Origin: Phaeodactylibacter sp.
GTDB lineage: Bacteria > Bacteroidota > Bacteroidia > Chitinophagales > Saprospiraceae
DNA: 64,000 nucleotides
Assembly (NCBI GenBank): GCA_024103175.1
Contig: JAGFJE010000061.1
Location: 72-64,071, forward strand
Reading direction: 5' to 3'
Of this stretch, positions 32,259-42,638 are shown piece by piece. Made by a program: the position numbers and the translations under genes. The notes beneath the pieces were generated by a model. It had not been told where the DNA came from. It made no database searches and saw nothing but the letters and a program-made list of their open reading frames with translations. Within the stretch, counting starts at the first letter, position 1. The number at the start of each line of letters is the position of its first letter.

Positions 32259-34667
32259 CTACAGTTTACCTGGAAACCGCCGCGGATTCATCTCCCGCAT
32301 GATCTTGTATACCGCCTCGAACACATCCTCCGGGCTGGGCTTGCTGAAGTAGTCGCCGTCTGAGCCGTAGGGCGGGCGGTGTTCGCGGGCAGTGAGGGTA
32401 GCCGGGGCGGAATCGAGGTATCGGTAGCCGCCCTGCTTTTCCAGCACTTCGTTCATCATAAAGGCGCTGGCGCCGCCGGGCACATCTTCATCCATAAACA
32501 GGATGCGGTTGGTCTTTTTCAGCGATTCCAGGATGCGGTGCTCCCGGTCGAAGGGCAGCAGGGTCTGCACGTCGATCAGCTCGACGGAGACGCCCTGCTT
32601 TTTGAGCAGTTCGATGCCGGCCTGAGCCACGCGAATGCAGGAGCCGTAGGTCGCCAGTGTGATGTCGGCGCCTTTCTGGAGCACTTCCGGAACCCCCAGG
32701 GGAACGGTGAATTCTCCGATATTTTCCGGCATATTTTCCTTGAGGCGGTAGCCGTTGAGGCATTCGATGACCAGGGCTGGGTCGTCGGACTGCAGGAGGG
32801 TGTTGTACATGCCGGCGGCCTGCGTCATATTGCGGGGGACGCAGACGTACATGCCCCGCAGGGAGTTGATGACCATGCCGAGGGGGGAGCCGGCGTGCCA
32901 GATGCCTTCCAGGCGGTGGCCGCGGGTGCGGATGATGGCCGGGGCCATTTGCTGGCCGTTGCTGCGGTAGCGCACAGTGGCCAGGTCGTCCATCAGCGGT
33001 TGCAGGCCGTAGATGAGGTAGTCGAGATACTGGATCTCGGCAATAGGGCGCAGGCCGCGCATGGCCATGCCGATGGCCTGCCCCATGATGGTGGCCTCGC
33101 GGATGCCGGTGTCGAACACGCGCCCTTCCCCGTATTTTTTCTGCATGCCGGCGAAGCCCTGGTTTACGTCGCCGATCTTACCCACGTCTTCACCGAAGGC
33201 AAAGAGCTCGGGGTATTTTTTCAGGGCCTTGTCAAAAAAGGTATTGAGGATCTCATAGCCATTTTTCAGGTTCGGGTTTTCCGGATAGCGGGCCGGCACG
33301 GCCGGCGCCCGGAGGGCCGATTTCGGGGAGTTGCTGTACAGATGAGTGTGGTAACGCCGGTTGGCAACCTGGTATACGTTTTCGATCCAGTTGGCCAGTT
33401 CCTGTTCGGCGGGCTGGCCGGCGCCCATCAGGTGGAAGTACATGCGGCGGGCGTTCTGCGCCAGCTCGCTGATAAGGGGGTTCATGAGGGATTTCAGTTC
33501 CCTGCGGATGGCGTCGGCCTCTTCATCGCCGGCTGGAATGCGGGAGTAGATGTCCTGCAGGGACTTGAGTTTTTCTTTTGTTGGAGCATTGAACGCTTTC
33601 CATGCCCGGTCGCGGCATTGTTTGACGTAGGTTTTTGCCTCTTTGCGGATGGCGTCGAGTTCTTCCTGCGTGGCGATCCCCTCTTTTACCATCCATTCTC
33701 CCATAAGGCGGATGCAGTCTTTTTCCTGTTCCCACTGCAGGCGTTCTTTGGATTTGTAGCGCTCATGGGATCCGGAGGTGGAGTGCCCCTGGGGTTGGGT
33801 CACTTCCTGTATGTGCAACAGCGCGGGCGTGTGAGTGGCGCGGACTTTCGCGATGGCGTCGGCGTACAGTTTGACCAGGGCGGGGTAATCCCAGGCTTTG
33901 GCGGTATAGGCTTCTATCCCTTTCTGGCCCTCTTCCTCTACCTGCATTCCGGACAGTGCTTCGGAAATACTACCCTTGGCAGTCTGGTATTCGATGGGTA
34001 CGGAGATGCCGTAGCCGTCGTCCCATACGGAAATGGCGAGCGGTACCTGCAGGACTGCGGCGGCGTTCACCGTTTCCCAGAAGATGCCTTCCGAGGTGGA
34101 AGCATCGCCGATGGTGCAGAAGCAGACTTCATTGCCCCGGTTTGAAAATTTCGTTTTTTCGGGCAACACCTTGCTTTCCCGATATTGTTTGGAGGCCAGG
34201 GCCAGGCCCAGTGCCCGTGCCATCTGGCCGGCTGTGCTGGAAATATCGGCGCTGATGTTGTAGGAAGACATGTGATTGCGCCACTCGCCGTTTTCATCTA
34301 TAGTGGCGGTAGCAAAGTGGCTGTTCATCTGCCGCCCCCCGGAGAAGGGGTCGTTTTCGGCATCGGCGTACAACTGGGCAAAAAAGTCTTCGATGGAAGA
34401 CAGCCCCAGGGCAAAAAGGAAGGTTTGGTCGCGGTAGTAACCGCTGCGCCAGTCTCCTTTTTTAAAGGCCCTGGCCATGGCCACCTGGGGTACTTCTTTA
34501 CCATCGCCAATGATGCCGAACTTGGCCTTGCCGGTCAATACTTCTTTTCGGGCCAGAATGCTGGCTTCCCGGCTGATGCAACAGATCTCGAAATCGCGGA
34601 GAATAGATGCCCGGGAGAGCTCGCTATCCGTATTGACTGGCTCATTTAAGGTCAGGTTGTCTATCAT
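32259..34667 (-). CDS. Fused E1 alpha/beta 2-oxoacid dehydrogenase component (TPP-dependent)
   Basis: About 800 aa. The N-terminal half is E1-alpha-like (GDGKEVPQVAMA, FCTIGDASTSEG). The C-terminal half is transketolase-like E1-beta (VFDTGIREATIMGQAIGMA). ATG at 34667 is preferred to 34712. Confidence 0.8.
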   Translation of the reverse strand: MIDNLTLNEPVNTDSELSRASILRDFEICCISREASILARKEVLTGKAKFGIIGDGKEVPQVAMARAFKKGDWRSGYYRDQTFLFALGLSSIEDFFAQLYADAENDPFSGGRQMNSHFATATIDENGEWRNHMSSYNISADISSTAGQMARALGLALASKQYRESKVLPEKTKFSNRGNEVCFCTIGDASTSEGIFWETVNAAAVLQVPLAISVWDDGYGISVPIEYQTAKGSISEALSGMQVEEEGQKGIEAYTAKAWDYPALVKLYADAIAKVRATHTPALLHIQEVTQPQGHSTSGSHERYKSKERLQWEQEKDCIRLMGEWMVKEGIATQEELDAIRKEAKTYVKQCRDRAWKAFNAPTKEKLKSLQDIYSRIPAGDEEADAIRRELKSLMNPLISELAQNARRMYFHLMGAGQPAEQELANWIENVYQVANRRYHTHLYSNSPKSALRAPAVPARYPENPNLKNGYEILNTFFDKALKKYPELFAFGEDVGKIGDVNQGFAGMQKKYGEGRVFDTGIREATIMGQAIGMAMRGLRPIAEIQYLDYLIYGLQPLMDDLATVRYRSNGQQMAPAIIRTRGHRLEGIWHAGSPLGMVINSLRGMYVCVPRNMTQAAGMYNTLLQSDDPALVIECLNGYRLKENMPENIGEFTVPLGVPEVLQKGADITLATYGSCIRVAQAGIELLKKQGVSVELIDVQTLLPFDREHRILESLKKTNRILFMDEDVPGGASAFMMNEVLEKQGGYRYLDSAPATLTAREHRPPYGSDGDYFSKPSPEDVFEAVYKIMREMNPRRFPGKL

Positions 34668-35031
34668 AAGCTCTTCTGGTTGAATTTGGTTAGTATGGCA
34701 GGTGCTTCGCACTTTTGCGAAATAAAATTCGCCTAATGCTTTTCACACCCCGGCGAATATACGAAAAATTTTGTAAAAACTCATGTAAAAGAAATACAAT
34801 TCAGGGGCATTAAAGGTTCATTCTGAGGGTGTTGGCGGCGCCTGCTCCCGAGCCGGCCAGTGATAAATTTGACGAAGGAGTGGCCCTTTGAAAAGATCAT
34901 CGTCTACAGGGAAGGCGAGCCAAACAGGGTTTGGTTTAACATCTCATTAACCATTTCGCAAATACAAAACTTTTTTTTTGCCCAGGAGTACAGTATTTTT
35001 GTACCTACTCATTAAAATAAAAAAAACCGTG

Positions 35032-35499
35032 ATGAAGAAAGTACTTTCAGCTTTGGCAATGCTGCTTTTGGTAGCTGCCGTAGGATACAGCCAAAACGAT
35101 GCAGCAGCTAACCAGGCTGCGGAAAATCAAGACGGCCCGGCGATGGCCTTCGAAACCGAAACGGTCGATTATGGCGTCATCGAACAGGGGTCTGACCCTT
35201 ACCGCGTCTTCAAGTTCACGAACACGGGTAACGAACCTTTGATCATTACCAGTGCTAAGGGGAGCTGCGGCTGCACCGTCCCCACCTACCCGAAAGAACC
35301 GATCGGCCCGGGTGAATCCGCTGAGATCAAGGTGCGTTATGACACCAACCGCCTTGGCAAGTTCACCAAGCGCGTAACCCTGACCACCAACGCCGGCGAT
35401 GAGAAGCAAATGCTGACCATCCAGGGCGAGGTAGTCAAAAAGCCGGAAGAACCGGCCGGCCTTCCCGCCAACGAAGGCAATATGTTCAACAATAACTGA
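35032..35499 (+). CDS. DUF1573 domain-containing secreted protein
   Basis: Signal peptide MKKVLSALAMLLLVAAVG. The hallmark KGSCGCTVP motif, with F.F.N.G..PL.I before it. Confidence 0.8.
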   Translation: MKKVLSALAMLLLVAAVGYSQNDAAANQAAENQDGPAMAFETETVDYGVIEQGSDPYRVFKFTNTGNEPLIITSAKGSCGCTVPTYPKEPIGPGESAEIKVRYDTNRLGKFTKRVTLTTNAGDEKQMLTIQGEVVKKPEEPAGLPANEGNMFNNN

Positions 35500-35556
35500 T
35501 TCGACGGGATAAAGACAAGAAGGCAATCGGCCTTCTCTCTTGCTGCCGAAAACGTG

Positions 35557-35594
35557 AAAAGGCCATGGGAATATCTCCCGTGGCCTTTTCGCTT
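35557..35594 (+). terminator. Rho-independent terminator of the DUF1573 gene
   Basis: 14-bp stem AAAAGGCCATGGGA / TCCCGTGGCCTTTT (one G-U pair), 5-nt loop ATATC, and a stem ending in TTTTC. It lies 58 nt after the stop. Confidence 0.75.
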
Positions 35595-35600
35595 CGGATG

Positions 35601-35769
35601 GGCTACTTTTACTGGACTTTGGACGGCCTGGCGCTAAAGGCGGAAATCGGAATTCGGAAGTCGGAAAAACAGGCCCTGAACGCACATTTGTTGACTGTTT
35701 CCGACTTCCGACTTCGCACTTCCGACTTCAAACAGAGGCACGTCCAAAGTCCAGTACTTTTAAGTGGCC
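35601..35769. repeat. Long imperfect inverted repeat (~70-nt arms) with internal CGGAAGT / ACTTCCG word arrays
   Basis: Perfect 15-bp core ACTGGACTTTGGACG (35611-35625) / CGTCCAAAGTCCAGT (35741-35755). Inner arms CGGAAATCGGAATTCGGAAGTCGGAAA vs TTTCCGACTTCCGACTTCGCACTTCCGACTT. Confidence 0.8.
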
Positions 35770-36093
35770 CATCCGAAATAAAAAACCCTTGCTCACAAGA
35801 AGCAAGGGCCTCTAACCCAAACAAATAAACACAAAAACTACTTTTTAAGATTCTATACAAACATATGCTGTTTTTTAATAAAAGACAACTTATTCCCTGT
35901 TTTTTTTGTGACGGCCTTTATCCGCCTCTGACAGAAAAAAGCTTTGAAAAAGAGGCTTTTTAGCGGATTTATTGTGACAAGCTACCAAGATGTTTTTCAG
36001 TTGCGTCTAAGTCACAGTTTGTCTGAAAACATGAATGCTTGTTTTTTTATTTACGTTTCTTAAGATCTGTGACAGCATAAAAAACGAATTGAT

Positions 36094-36855
36094 ATGATCC
36101 TTTTGCTTTCCCCTTCCAAGACATTGGATTTCTCAGAGCCGGAGTACAGCCGGTATTCTCAGCCCCGGATGCTGGAAAAGAGCGAATCACTGATAGGTAT
36201 CCTCCGGGAAAAGACGGAGGAAGAGCTCAGGAAACTGATGAAGATCAGTGACGATCTGGCGGTAATCAATGCGGAGCGGTACCAGGATTTTGAAACGCCT
36301 TTCGACCTCAGCAATGCCAAACAAGCCCTGCTGGCTTTCAAGGGGGATGTCTATCTGGGCTTGAATGCGGAATCCTTCAACCGGGAAGACCTGGAGTTTG
36401 CCCAGTCACACCTTCGCATCCTGTCCGGCCTGTATGGCCTGCTTCGGCCGCTCGACCTGATGCAGCCCTACCGCCTGGAAATGGGGACGCGCCTGCGGGT
36501 GGGAAAAGCCAAAGGCCTGTACGATTTCTGGGGGGAGGAGATCACCCGCCTGCTCAATGAAGACCTGGAAACCACCGGCGGGAAAGCCGTTGTCAACCTG
36601 GCTTCCCGGGAGTACTTTTCCGCCGTGAAACCAGCTATCCTCAAGGGGCGGTTGTTCCACATCCATTTCAAGGAGGCGCACAAAGGCTCGTTCAGGGTCA
36701 TCGCGGTTTACGCCAAAAAGGCACGGGGGGCAATGGCCGCTTACGCCATACGCCGCCGCATCGGGGCGCCGGATGGCCTCAAAGGCTTCAATTGGGAAGG
36801 TTACACCTTCAACGAGGAGCTTTCTTCGGAATACGAATTTACTTTTACCCGTTAG
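36094..36855 (+). CDS. yaaA: Peroxide stress protein YaaA (DUF328/UPF0246)
   Basis: MILLLSPSKTLDF N-terminus and 253-aa length match the YaaA family. Confidence 0.85.
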   Translation: MILLLSPSKTLDFSEPEYSRYSQPRMLEKSESLIGILREKTEEELRKLMKISDDLAVINAERYQDFETPFDLSNAKQALLAFKGDVYLGLNAESFNREDLEFAQSHLRILSGLYGLLRPLDLMQPYRLEMGTRLRVGKAKGLYDFWGEEITRLLNEDLETTGGKAVVNLASREYFSAVKPAILKGRLFHIHFKEAHKGSFRVIAVYAKKARGAMAAYAIRRRIGAPDGLKGFNWEGYTFNEELSSEYEFTFTR

Positions 36856-36857
36856 CT

Positions 36858-37406
36858 TTACAGTGCCTCCGTCAGCCGCAGATAATCCCGGACGGTGGTG
36901 CTGTAATAACTGCGCGCGTCTGTGCCTTCCAGGGCCGGTATCCAGGTTGAATCGGTGCTCATGGCACTGAGCCGGTGGCCTGCCTGCAGGCTTTCAAAAA
37001 GCCGCATGGCCAGTTCGTACTGCTTGTCGGCGCTGTCCGGTTGCAACCGGTATATCCCTTCATCGGGCCCAGTTCTCCAGCGTATGGTAAGCGGAACGGC
37101 AAATGCCGGCCCGGTGGCTTCCAGCAGGAGATAGGCTTCGTCTTCAAGCCAGTTGTTGGCAATGACTGGGATAATGATGTTTTGCTGTTTCAATTGGCTG
37201 AATTTGCGCAGCCGGTACAGTTCGGTGCGGGCGCCCGGCAGCTCTGTTTGTTCATAGTAGGCGCTGCGCATGTTTTTGAAGTACAACACAGAGGGAGGGG
37301 TGGTCCTGAATCTGGAATCCGAAGATGAGGCAGTGGGCGGCCCGCCGGGATTCCCACAGGAAAAGAGGGCTAACCCCAAAATGAGGAGGAGAGGATTTTT
37401 TTTCAT
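36858..37406 (-). CDS. Hypothetical lipoprotein
   Basis: MKKNPLLLILGLALFSCGNPGG lipobox at the ATG 37406. No recognisable domain. Confidence 0.55.
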   Translation of the reverse strand: MKKNPLLLILGLALFSCGNPGGPPTASSSDSRFRTTPPSVLYFKNMRSAYYEQTELPGARTELYRLRKFSQLKQQNIIIPVIANNWLEDEAYLLLEATGPAFAVPLTIRWRTGPDEGIYRLQPDSADKQYELAMRLFESLQAGHRLSAMSTDSTWIPALEGTDARSYYSTTVRDYLRLTEAL

Positions 37407-37469
37407 ACATTGAGTTCTTTCCAGAAAAAGGGGAGCGGTATCCCCGAACAAAAACACATTCCAAACAAC

Positions 37470-39896
37470 ATGCGGATCGTAAAGTTTTTGGCGGCCGCCG
37501 CCTTATCAGCCGCACTGGTGGTAGTTACAGATACACACCGGCCTTTCGGGGCAAATGTTCCGGCCCTTGGCCCATTATTCAGCCCCTTCGCCGGCTTCTG
37601 GCAGAATGCCGAACCGGTGGGGCGAGAGCCGGAATGGGCGCCTGCCTTCGCTGCCCTGCAGGCGCCGGTACAGGTGGCGTTTGACGAGCGGATGGTGCCC
37701 CATATTTTTGCCGAGAACCTGCATGACGCCGCTTTTATCCAGGGATATGTGACGGCCAGAGACCGCTTGTGGCAAATGGATTTTCTCACCCGGGCGGCGG
37801 TCGGGCGCATTTCGGAAATAATCGGGGAGCAGGCCCTGGAGTATGACCGGGGCCAACGCAGGAAGGGGATGCTGCTGGCTGCCGAGAATGCGCTGAAGGG
37901 CTGGAGCCGGTCTCCGGATGAAACAGCCCTGCTCCAGGCCTATTCAGATGGGGTGAATGCCTACCTGGAAAGCCTGAGCCCGGCGGATTACCCACTGGAA
38001 TTCAAGCTAATGGGCTATGCGCCCGAACCCTGGGCGCCCCTGAAGTGCGCCATTTTCTTCAAATACATGGCCGAGACCCTCTGTTTTCGCAGCTATGACA
38101 TACCGGCCAGCAACACCCTCGGCCTGCTCGGGCCGGAGCTCTTCGGCCAGTTGTTCCCGGAATATAACCCCCGGCAGTCCCCCATTATCCCCGAAACAGT
38201 GGAATGGGGTTTTGAAAAAGTACCGCTGGAAAGAGCGCCGGCGTCCTCGCCGGAAATGATGAGCGGCCCGGTTCGCCACCGGCAGCTGCCCCAGGCGCCG
38301 GATGGTATCGGCAGCAACAACTGGGCGGTGGCGGGCAGCAAAACAGCGACGGGCCGCCCCATCCTCTGCAACGACCCCCACCTGGGCCTGCGCCTGCCGG
38401 CCATCTGGTATGAGGTGCAGCTTTCGATTCCCGGCCTCAATGCGTATGGCGTATCCCTGCCCGGCGTTCCGGGGATTATCATTGGTTTCAACGATCAGAT
38501 AGCCTGGGGCGTAACCAATGCCGGCCACGATGTGCTCGACTGGTATGAGGTCGAATGGGCGGACGAAGAGAAGAATACCTACTATTACGATGGCAAGCCC
38601 CAAGTGGTGAGCCGCCTGGTGGAAGTCATCAATGTCCGTGGCCGGCAGGAGCCGGTGCTGGACACTGTAAAGTATACGGCCTGGGGGCCGGTCGTTTACG
38701 AAGGCGGCGGGCCCGGGCAGAGCCTGGCGATGCACTGGGTGGCGCTGAGCACTCCCGAACCCAAGCCTTTTTATGAGATAGGTACTTTCCTGCGGCTGAT
38801 GCAAAGCCAGGGCCTGGGGGATTATGTGGATGCGCTCAAAGGTTTCGAAAGCCCGGCGCAGAATTTCGCCTTCGCCAGTGCGGCCGGCGATATTGCGATC
38901 ACCGTCAATGGCAGCCTGCCCTTAAAAAGGGATCAGCAGGGGCGTTTCATTCAGGACGGCCGCGATCCGGAGAATGCGTGGTATGGGTTTATTCCCCGCG
39001 ATCAGATCCCCCGGGTGGCCAATCCGGAACAGGGCTTTGTCGCTTCGGCCAATCAGCGGTCCACCGGGCAGGATTATCCTTACTATTATAACGGCAAGTT
39101 CGACCATTACCGCGGGCGTTACATCAACCGCCGGCTCGAACAGATGGACAGCATCACCGTAGAGGATATGATGGCGCTGCAACTGGACAACTACAGCATC
39201 CTGGCGGAGGAAGGGGCGCCCCTTCTGCTCAGCCTCCTGGATGCCACGGCCTCTGCCCGCAAAGACGATCCTGAGATAGAAGCGCTGCGCAGTTGGGATT
39301 TCCGCTTTGAAAAGGAAGCCCAGGCTCCGGTGCTCTTCAGCCGTTGGCTCGAAGAAACCCAACGCCTGGCCTTTGACGAAATTTATACCCGGGAGGATTC
39401 GATGGAGCTGATCGCCCCCGAGCCCTGGCTGCTGCTGAGCCTGCTGCGCTCCGAACCCGGCCACTCCATCTTCGACATTCAGGGGACGGGCGCCATCGAA
39501 ACGGCCTATGAGGTGGCGGTGCAGGCCCTGGAGAGCGTCTTGAAGGAAGATCTGCTGGAAAACTGGAGCATTTACAAAAACACCCATATCGGCCACCTGG
39601 CCCGGATCGCTCCGTTTTCCATTGGCTTTGTCGATATAGGTGGGTTCGGGGAAGCGCCCAACGCCATCAAAGACGATCACGGCCCTTCCTGGCGAATGGT
39701 GGTGGCTCTGGGAGAGCCGGTAGAGGCCTATGGCGTCTATCCCGGCGGCCAGTCGGGCAACCCGGGCAGCCCGTATTACCAGAGCATGGTGCAACAGTGG
39801 GCGGAAGGCGAATACAACCCGCTCTTTCTGATGAAAGGGCCGGAGGACAGGCGGCAGCCGGTCCGGTTTACGGTGGTTTTTGAGAACGGGAAGTGA
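37470..39896 (+). CDS. Penicillin acylase (S45, Ntn-hydrolase) family protein; possibly an acyl-homoserine-lactone or beta-lactam acylase
   Basis: About 808 aa with a signal peptide. Autoprocessing site and nucleophile context DGIGSNNWAVAGSKTATGRPILCNDPHL. Confidence 0.85.
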   Translation: MRIVKFLAAAALSAALVVVTDTHRPFGANVPALGPLFSPFAGFWQNAEPVGREPEWAPAFAALQAPVQVAFDERMVPHIFAENLHDAAFIQGYVTARDRLWQMDFLTRAAVGRISEIIGEQALEYDRGQRRKGMLLAAENALKGWSRSPDETALLQAYSDGVNAYLESLSPADYPLEFKLMGYAPEPWAPLKCAIFFKYMAETLCFRSYDIPASNTLGLLGPELFGQLFPEYNPRQSPIIPETVEWGFEKVPLERAPASSPEMMSGPVRHRQLPQAPDGIGSNNWAVAGSKTATGRPILCNDPHLGLRLPAIWYEVQLSIPGLNAYGVSLPGVPGIIIGFNDQIAWGVTNAGHDVLDWYEVEWADEEKNTYYYDGKPQVVSRLVEVINVRGRQEPVLDTVKYTAWGPVVYEGGGPGQSLAMHWVALSTPEPKPFYEIGTFLRLMQSQGLGDYVDALKGFESPAQNFAFASAAGDIAITVNGSLPLKRDQQGRFIQDGRDPENAWYGFIPRDQIPRVANPEQGFVASANQRSTGQDYPYYYNGKFDHYRGRYINRRLEQMDSITVEDMMALQLDNYSILAEEGAPLLLSLLDATASARKDDPEIEALRSWDFRFEKEAQAPVLFSRWLEETQRLAFDEIYTREDSMELIAPEPWLLLSLLRSEPGHSIFDIQGTGAIETAYEVAVQALESVLKEDLLENWSIYKNTHIGHLARIAPFSIGFVDIGGFGEAPNAIKDDHGPSWRMVVALGEPVEAYGVYPGGQSGNPGSPYYQSMVQQWAEGEYNPLFLMKGPEDRRQPVRFTVVFENGK

Positions 39897-39978
39897 CAGG
39901 GCCAAACACCTCGCCAAATCACTTCTTTTGCCCTGTGGGGAATATAAGCAGCAAATACACACAACAAGCGGACAATTT

Positions 39979-40347
39979 ATGAAAACAGCCCTTTACATTT
40001 CAGCCCTGATCCTCCTCGGAGGCGCCCTTCAGCTATATTTTCCCTGGTGGTCTTTGGCGGTTGCCGCTTTCCTCCTCGCCCTTTGGTTTCCTTTCGCGCC
40101 CCGGGAGGCCTTTCTCGCCGCGTTTTTGGGCGCCGCCCTGCTATGGGGTGGATACGCCGGTTACATCAATGTGCTGAACGACGGCATCCTGGCGGGAAAA
40201 ATGGGGGAGCTTTTTGGCGTGTCGGGAGCATGGACAACGGTGTTGCTGTCAGCCCTTTTCGGCGGCCTTTTCGGCGGCCTGGGCGCCTGGACGGGCAGCC
40301 TGGCGAAACAGGCTTTCTTTTCGTCGGAAAAAGTTGCAGCCGAATGA
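39979..40347 (+). CDS. Small integral membrane protein (hypothetical)
   Basis: 122 aa with 3-4 hydrophobic segments. ATG at 39979 (MKTALYISALILLGG). Confidence 0.55.
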   Translation: MKTALYISALILLGGALQLYFPWWSLAVAAFLLALWFPFAPREAFLAAFLGAALLWGGYAGYINVLNDGILAGKMGELFGVSGAWTTVLLSALFGGLFGGLGAWTGSLAKQAFFSSEKVAAE

Positions 40348-40436
40348 TGATACCTGTAATTTAAAGGCTTACTGAATTTAAACGCCCGCGCTCAGTGTTG
40401 CTGGGCACGGGGGCCTTCATTCAAAATTGCCTGCTC

Positions 40437-40799
40437 ATGTCTGATTATGAATATGAGGCGGCCCGGCGCCGTATACGCCAGAAAAAGAATTATTTCCGTA
40501 GGATAGCTTTCTATGGCGTGTTGACCGCCCTTCTGGCCGCCATCAACCTGATAACTTCTCCCGGCGCCTTGTGGTTTCCCTGGGCGGTCCTGGGTTTTGG
40601 TATTGACCTGATAGTCAAATATTTTCAGGTATTTGGCTTTCCGGGGGGCGCCGGAAGTGAAGACTGGGAAGCCCGGGAGATGGAAAAGGAGATCCGCCGC
40701 CTGGAATCCGGCCGGCGCGAAGAAGACGAAGAACTCGAACTCCGGGAACTGGAAAAGCCCAAACGCCCCAAGAACTGGGATGATGACGAACTGGTTTAA
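40437..40799 (+). CDS. 2TM domain-containing protein
   Basis: YFRRIAFYGVLTALLAAINLITSPGALWFPWAVLGFGIDLIVKYF fits the 2TM domain pattern. Charged C-terminal tail. Confidence 0.65.
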   Translation: MSDYEYEAARRRIRQKKNYFRRIAFYGVLTALLAAINLITSPGALWFPWAVLGFGIDLIVKYFQVFGFPGGAGSEDWEAREMEKEIRRLESGRREEDEELELRELEKPKRPKNWDDDELV

Positions 40800-42625
40800 A
40801 CCAACCCTTCCAGTTCTCCTCCTTTGGTAAACATGCTGTCCACCTTTTCCTTCACCTTTTTATCCTCGATCAGCGGCGGCGCATGATGGGGCTTGATGCG
40901 GGCGTCGATGATGAGCGTCCCGTGGCAACCCCAGTGTTTGTGCTCTGTGAAAGCCTTAACCCCGTGAATATCATGGGATGGGTTGGCGCGGGTAAAGGTG
41001 GCCCACAGAAAGTTATTGAACGTAGCGCTGAGGAAGCTGCTGTCATCGCAGAGGACGGCCAAGGGGATGCCCTGCATGGAGAAGCGCTCCAGGTCTTTGG
41101 CGAGCAGCTCCCCGTCTTTGTAAGAACCTTCATCGGTAAAGGCCGGCCCTTCGATGGCCAGGATGCCCGGGCGGGCGAAGCGGGGGTTGTGGTAGCCTTC
41201 CGGAAGGCTGAAACCGGCGGGCAGTTCCGTTGCCAGGCTTCGCTTTTTGTCTCCGCAACAGGCGACCACTACTTTGGAGCCGGCGTTCCAACCGGTACCG
41301 GAATAGTCGAGGGTATCGATGGTGGTTTTGGTCTGGAAGTGGAGGTCGCGCGTCCAGTCCACCCGTTCCAGCACATGGCTGAAGAAGCCGCCGATGTCGT
41401 GGGTATTCAGCCCCGGGCTGTCGCCCTGGGCGGCGATGAACAGGAACTTGGCCAGCGAGGTCTGCCCCGATCCCAGAATGCGGTTGGCCTGGGTGAGGAT
41501 CTCCTCCGGCCGGCGCTCCCGGAAGGGCATATAGCGCTCGCTGCCGATGGCCAGCAGCAGGGGGTGCACGCCGGCGGCATCCACCGCATTGATCTCTACG
41601 ATGCCGGGGAACTCCTGCGGCGTCAGCAGCTTGACCAGCTCGTGGATGAGGTAGCCGAAGCTGGAGTCCTCCTGGGGCGGGCGCCCCACTACGGTGAAGT
41701 GCCAGACGGCATTCTTCCGGTAATAGACATTTTCCACCTCCATAACGGGGAAGTCGTGCTGCAGGCTATAATAACCCAGGTGGTCGCCGAAGGGCCCCTC
41801 GGGCTTTTTCTCTCCCTTGCGGATGATGCCGGTGATCACAAAATCGGCATCGGCGGACAGGAGGTGGCCCTCGTGCCACAGATAGCGGAAGCGCCGCCCG
41901 CCCAGCATGCCGGCGAAGGTGAGCTCGGACAGGCCCTCGGGCAGGGGCATGATGGCGGCGAAAGCGTGGGCCGGCGGCCCGCCCACAAAGATGGAGGCCC
42001 GGAAGGGCTCATCGCTTTGGTTGTAGGCCGTGTGGTGCACGCCGATGCCCCGGTGGATCTGGTAATGCATGCCCACTTCCTTATCTTGCACATATTCGTT
42101 CCCGGAAAGCTGGATGCGGTACATGCCCAGGTTGGACTGCATGATGCTGCGGCTGCCGGGCGGCAGGGTCAGCACCTGGGGGAGGGTAACAAAGGCGCCG
42201 CCGTCCATCGGCCAGGATTTGACCTGCGGCAGCTGGCTCACCGTCGTCCTGCCGTGCAGGATGGGCGCGCCGAACCGCTTGCGCATGGGCAGGGCGGAAA
42301 GGGCGGTGAACGGGGCCGAGGCATACCGGAACGGGTTTTTGAAAAAATTGGCCGGATCGGCTTTCAGCTCGATCACTTTCTGCACCTTCTTCAGGGTGTG
42401 CCGGAAGAGGAATTCCGTCCGTTCGAAAGTACCATAGATATTGGACAGGGCGGGGAAGGGGCTGCCCTTGACCCGCTCGAAGAACAGGGCGGGCCCCTGC
42501 GCCTCATAGACGCGCCGGTGGATCTCCGCCATCTCGAGATCGGGGTCCACTTCCATCTTTATTCTTGCCAGTTTGCCGTTCAGCTCCAGGTCGCGGACGG
42601 CGTCTATCATGCTGTGGTAGGACAT
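40796..42625 (-). CDS. UbiD-family (prFMN-dependent) decarboxylase
   Basis: About 609 aa from ATG 42625 (MSYHSMIDAVRDL). EGPFGDHLGYYS motif typical of UbiD enzymes. Confidence 0.85.
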   Translation of the reverse strand: MSYHSMIDAVRDLELNGKLARIKMEVDPDLEMAEIHRRVYEAQGPALFFERVKGSPFPALSNIYGTFERTEFLFRHTLKKVQKVIELKADPANFFKNPFRYASAPFTALSALPMRKRFGAPILHGRTTVSQLPQVKSWPMDGGAFVTLPQVLTLPPGSRSIMQSNLGMYRIQLSGNEYVQDKEVGMHYQIHRGIGVHHTAYNQSDEPFRASIFVGGPPAHAFAAIMPLPEGLSELTFAGMLGGRRFRYLWHEGHLLSADADFVITGIIRKGEKKPEGPFGDHLGYYSLQHDFPVMEVENVYYRKNAVWHFTVVGRPPQEDSSFGYLIHELVKLLTPQEFPGIVEINAVDAAGVHPLLLAIGSERYMPFRERRPEEILTQANRILGSGQTSLAKFLFIAAQGDSPGLNTHDIGGFFSHVLERVDWTRDLHFQTKTTIDTLDYSGTGWNAGSKVVVACCGDKKRSLATELPAGFSLPEGYHNPRFARPGILAIEGPAFTDEGSYKDGELLAKDLERFSMQGIPLAVLCDDSSFLSATFNNFLWATFTRANPSHDIHGVKAFTEHKHWGCHGTLIIDARIKPHHAPPLIEDKKVKEKVDSMFTKGGELEGLV

Positions 42626-42638
42626 GGTGTTATTTATT

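Noticed and set aside
35900-36093. Repeated GTGACA / TCACAG words upstream of yaaA as Crp/Fnr- or OxyR-type sites.
   Set aside because: The spacing between half-sites does not fit the TGTGA-N6-TCACA or any other consensus I know. These are short words in AT-rich DNA and the support is too weak.
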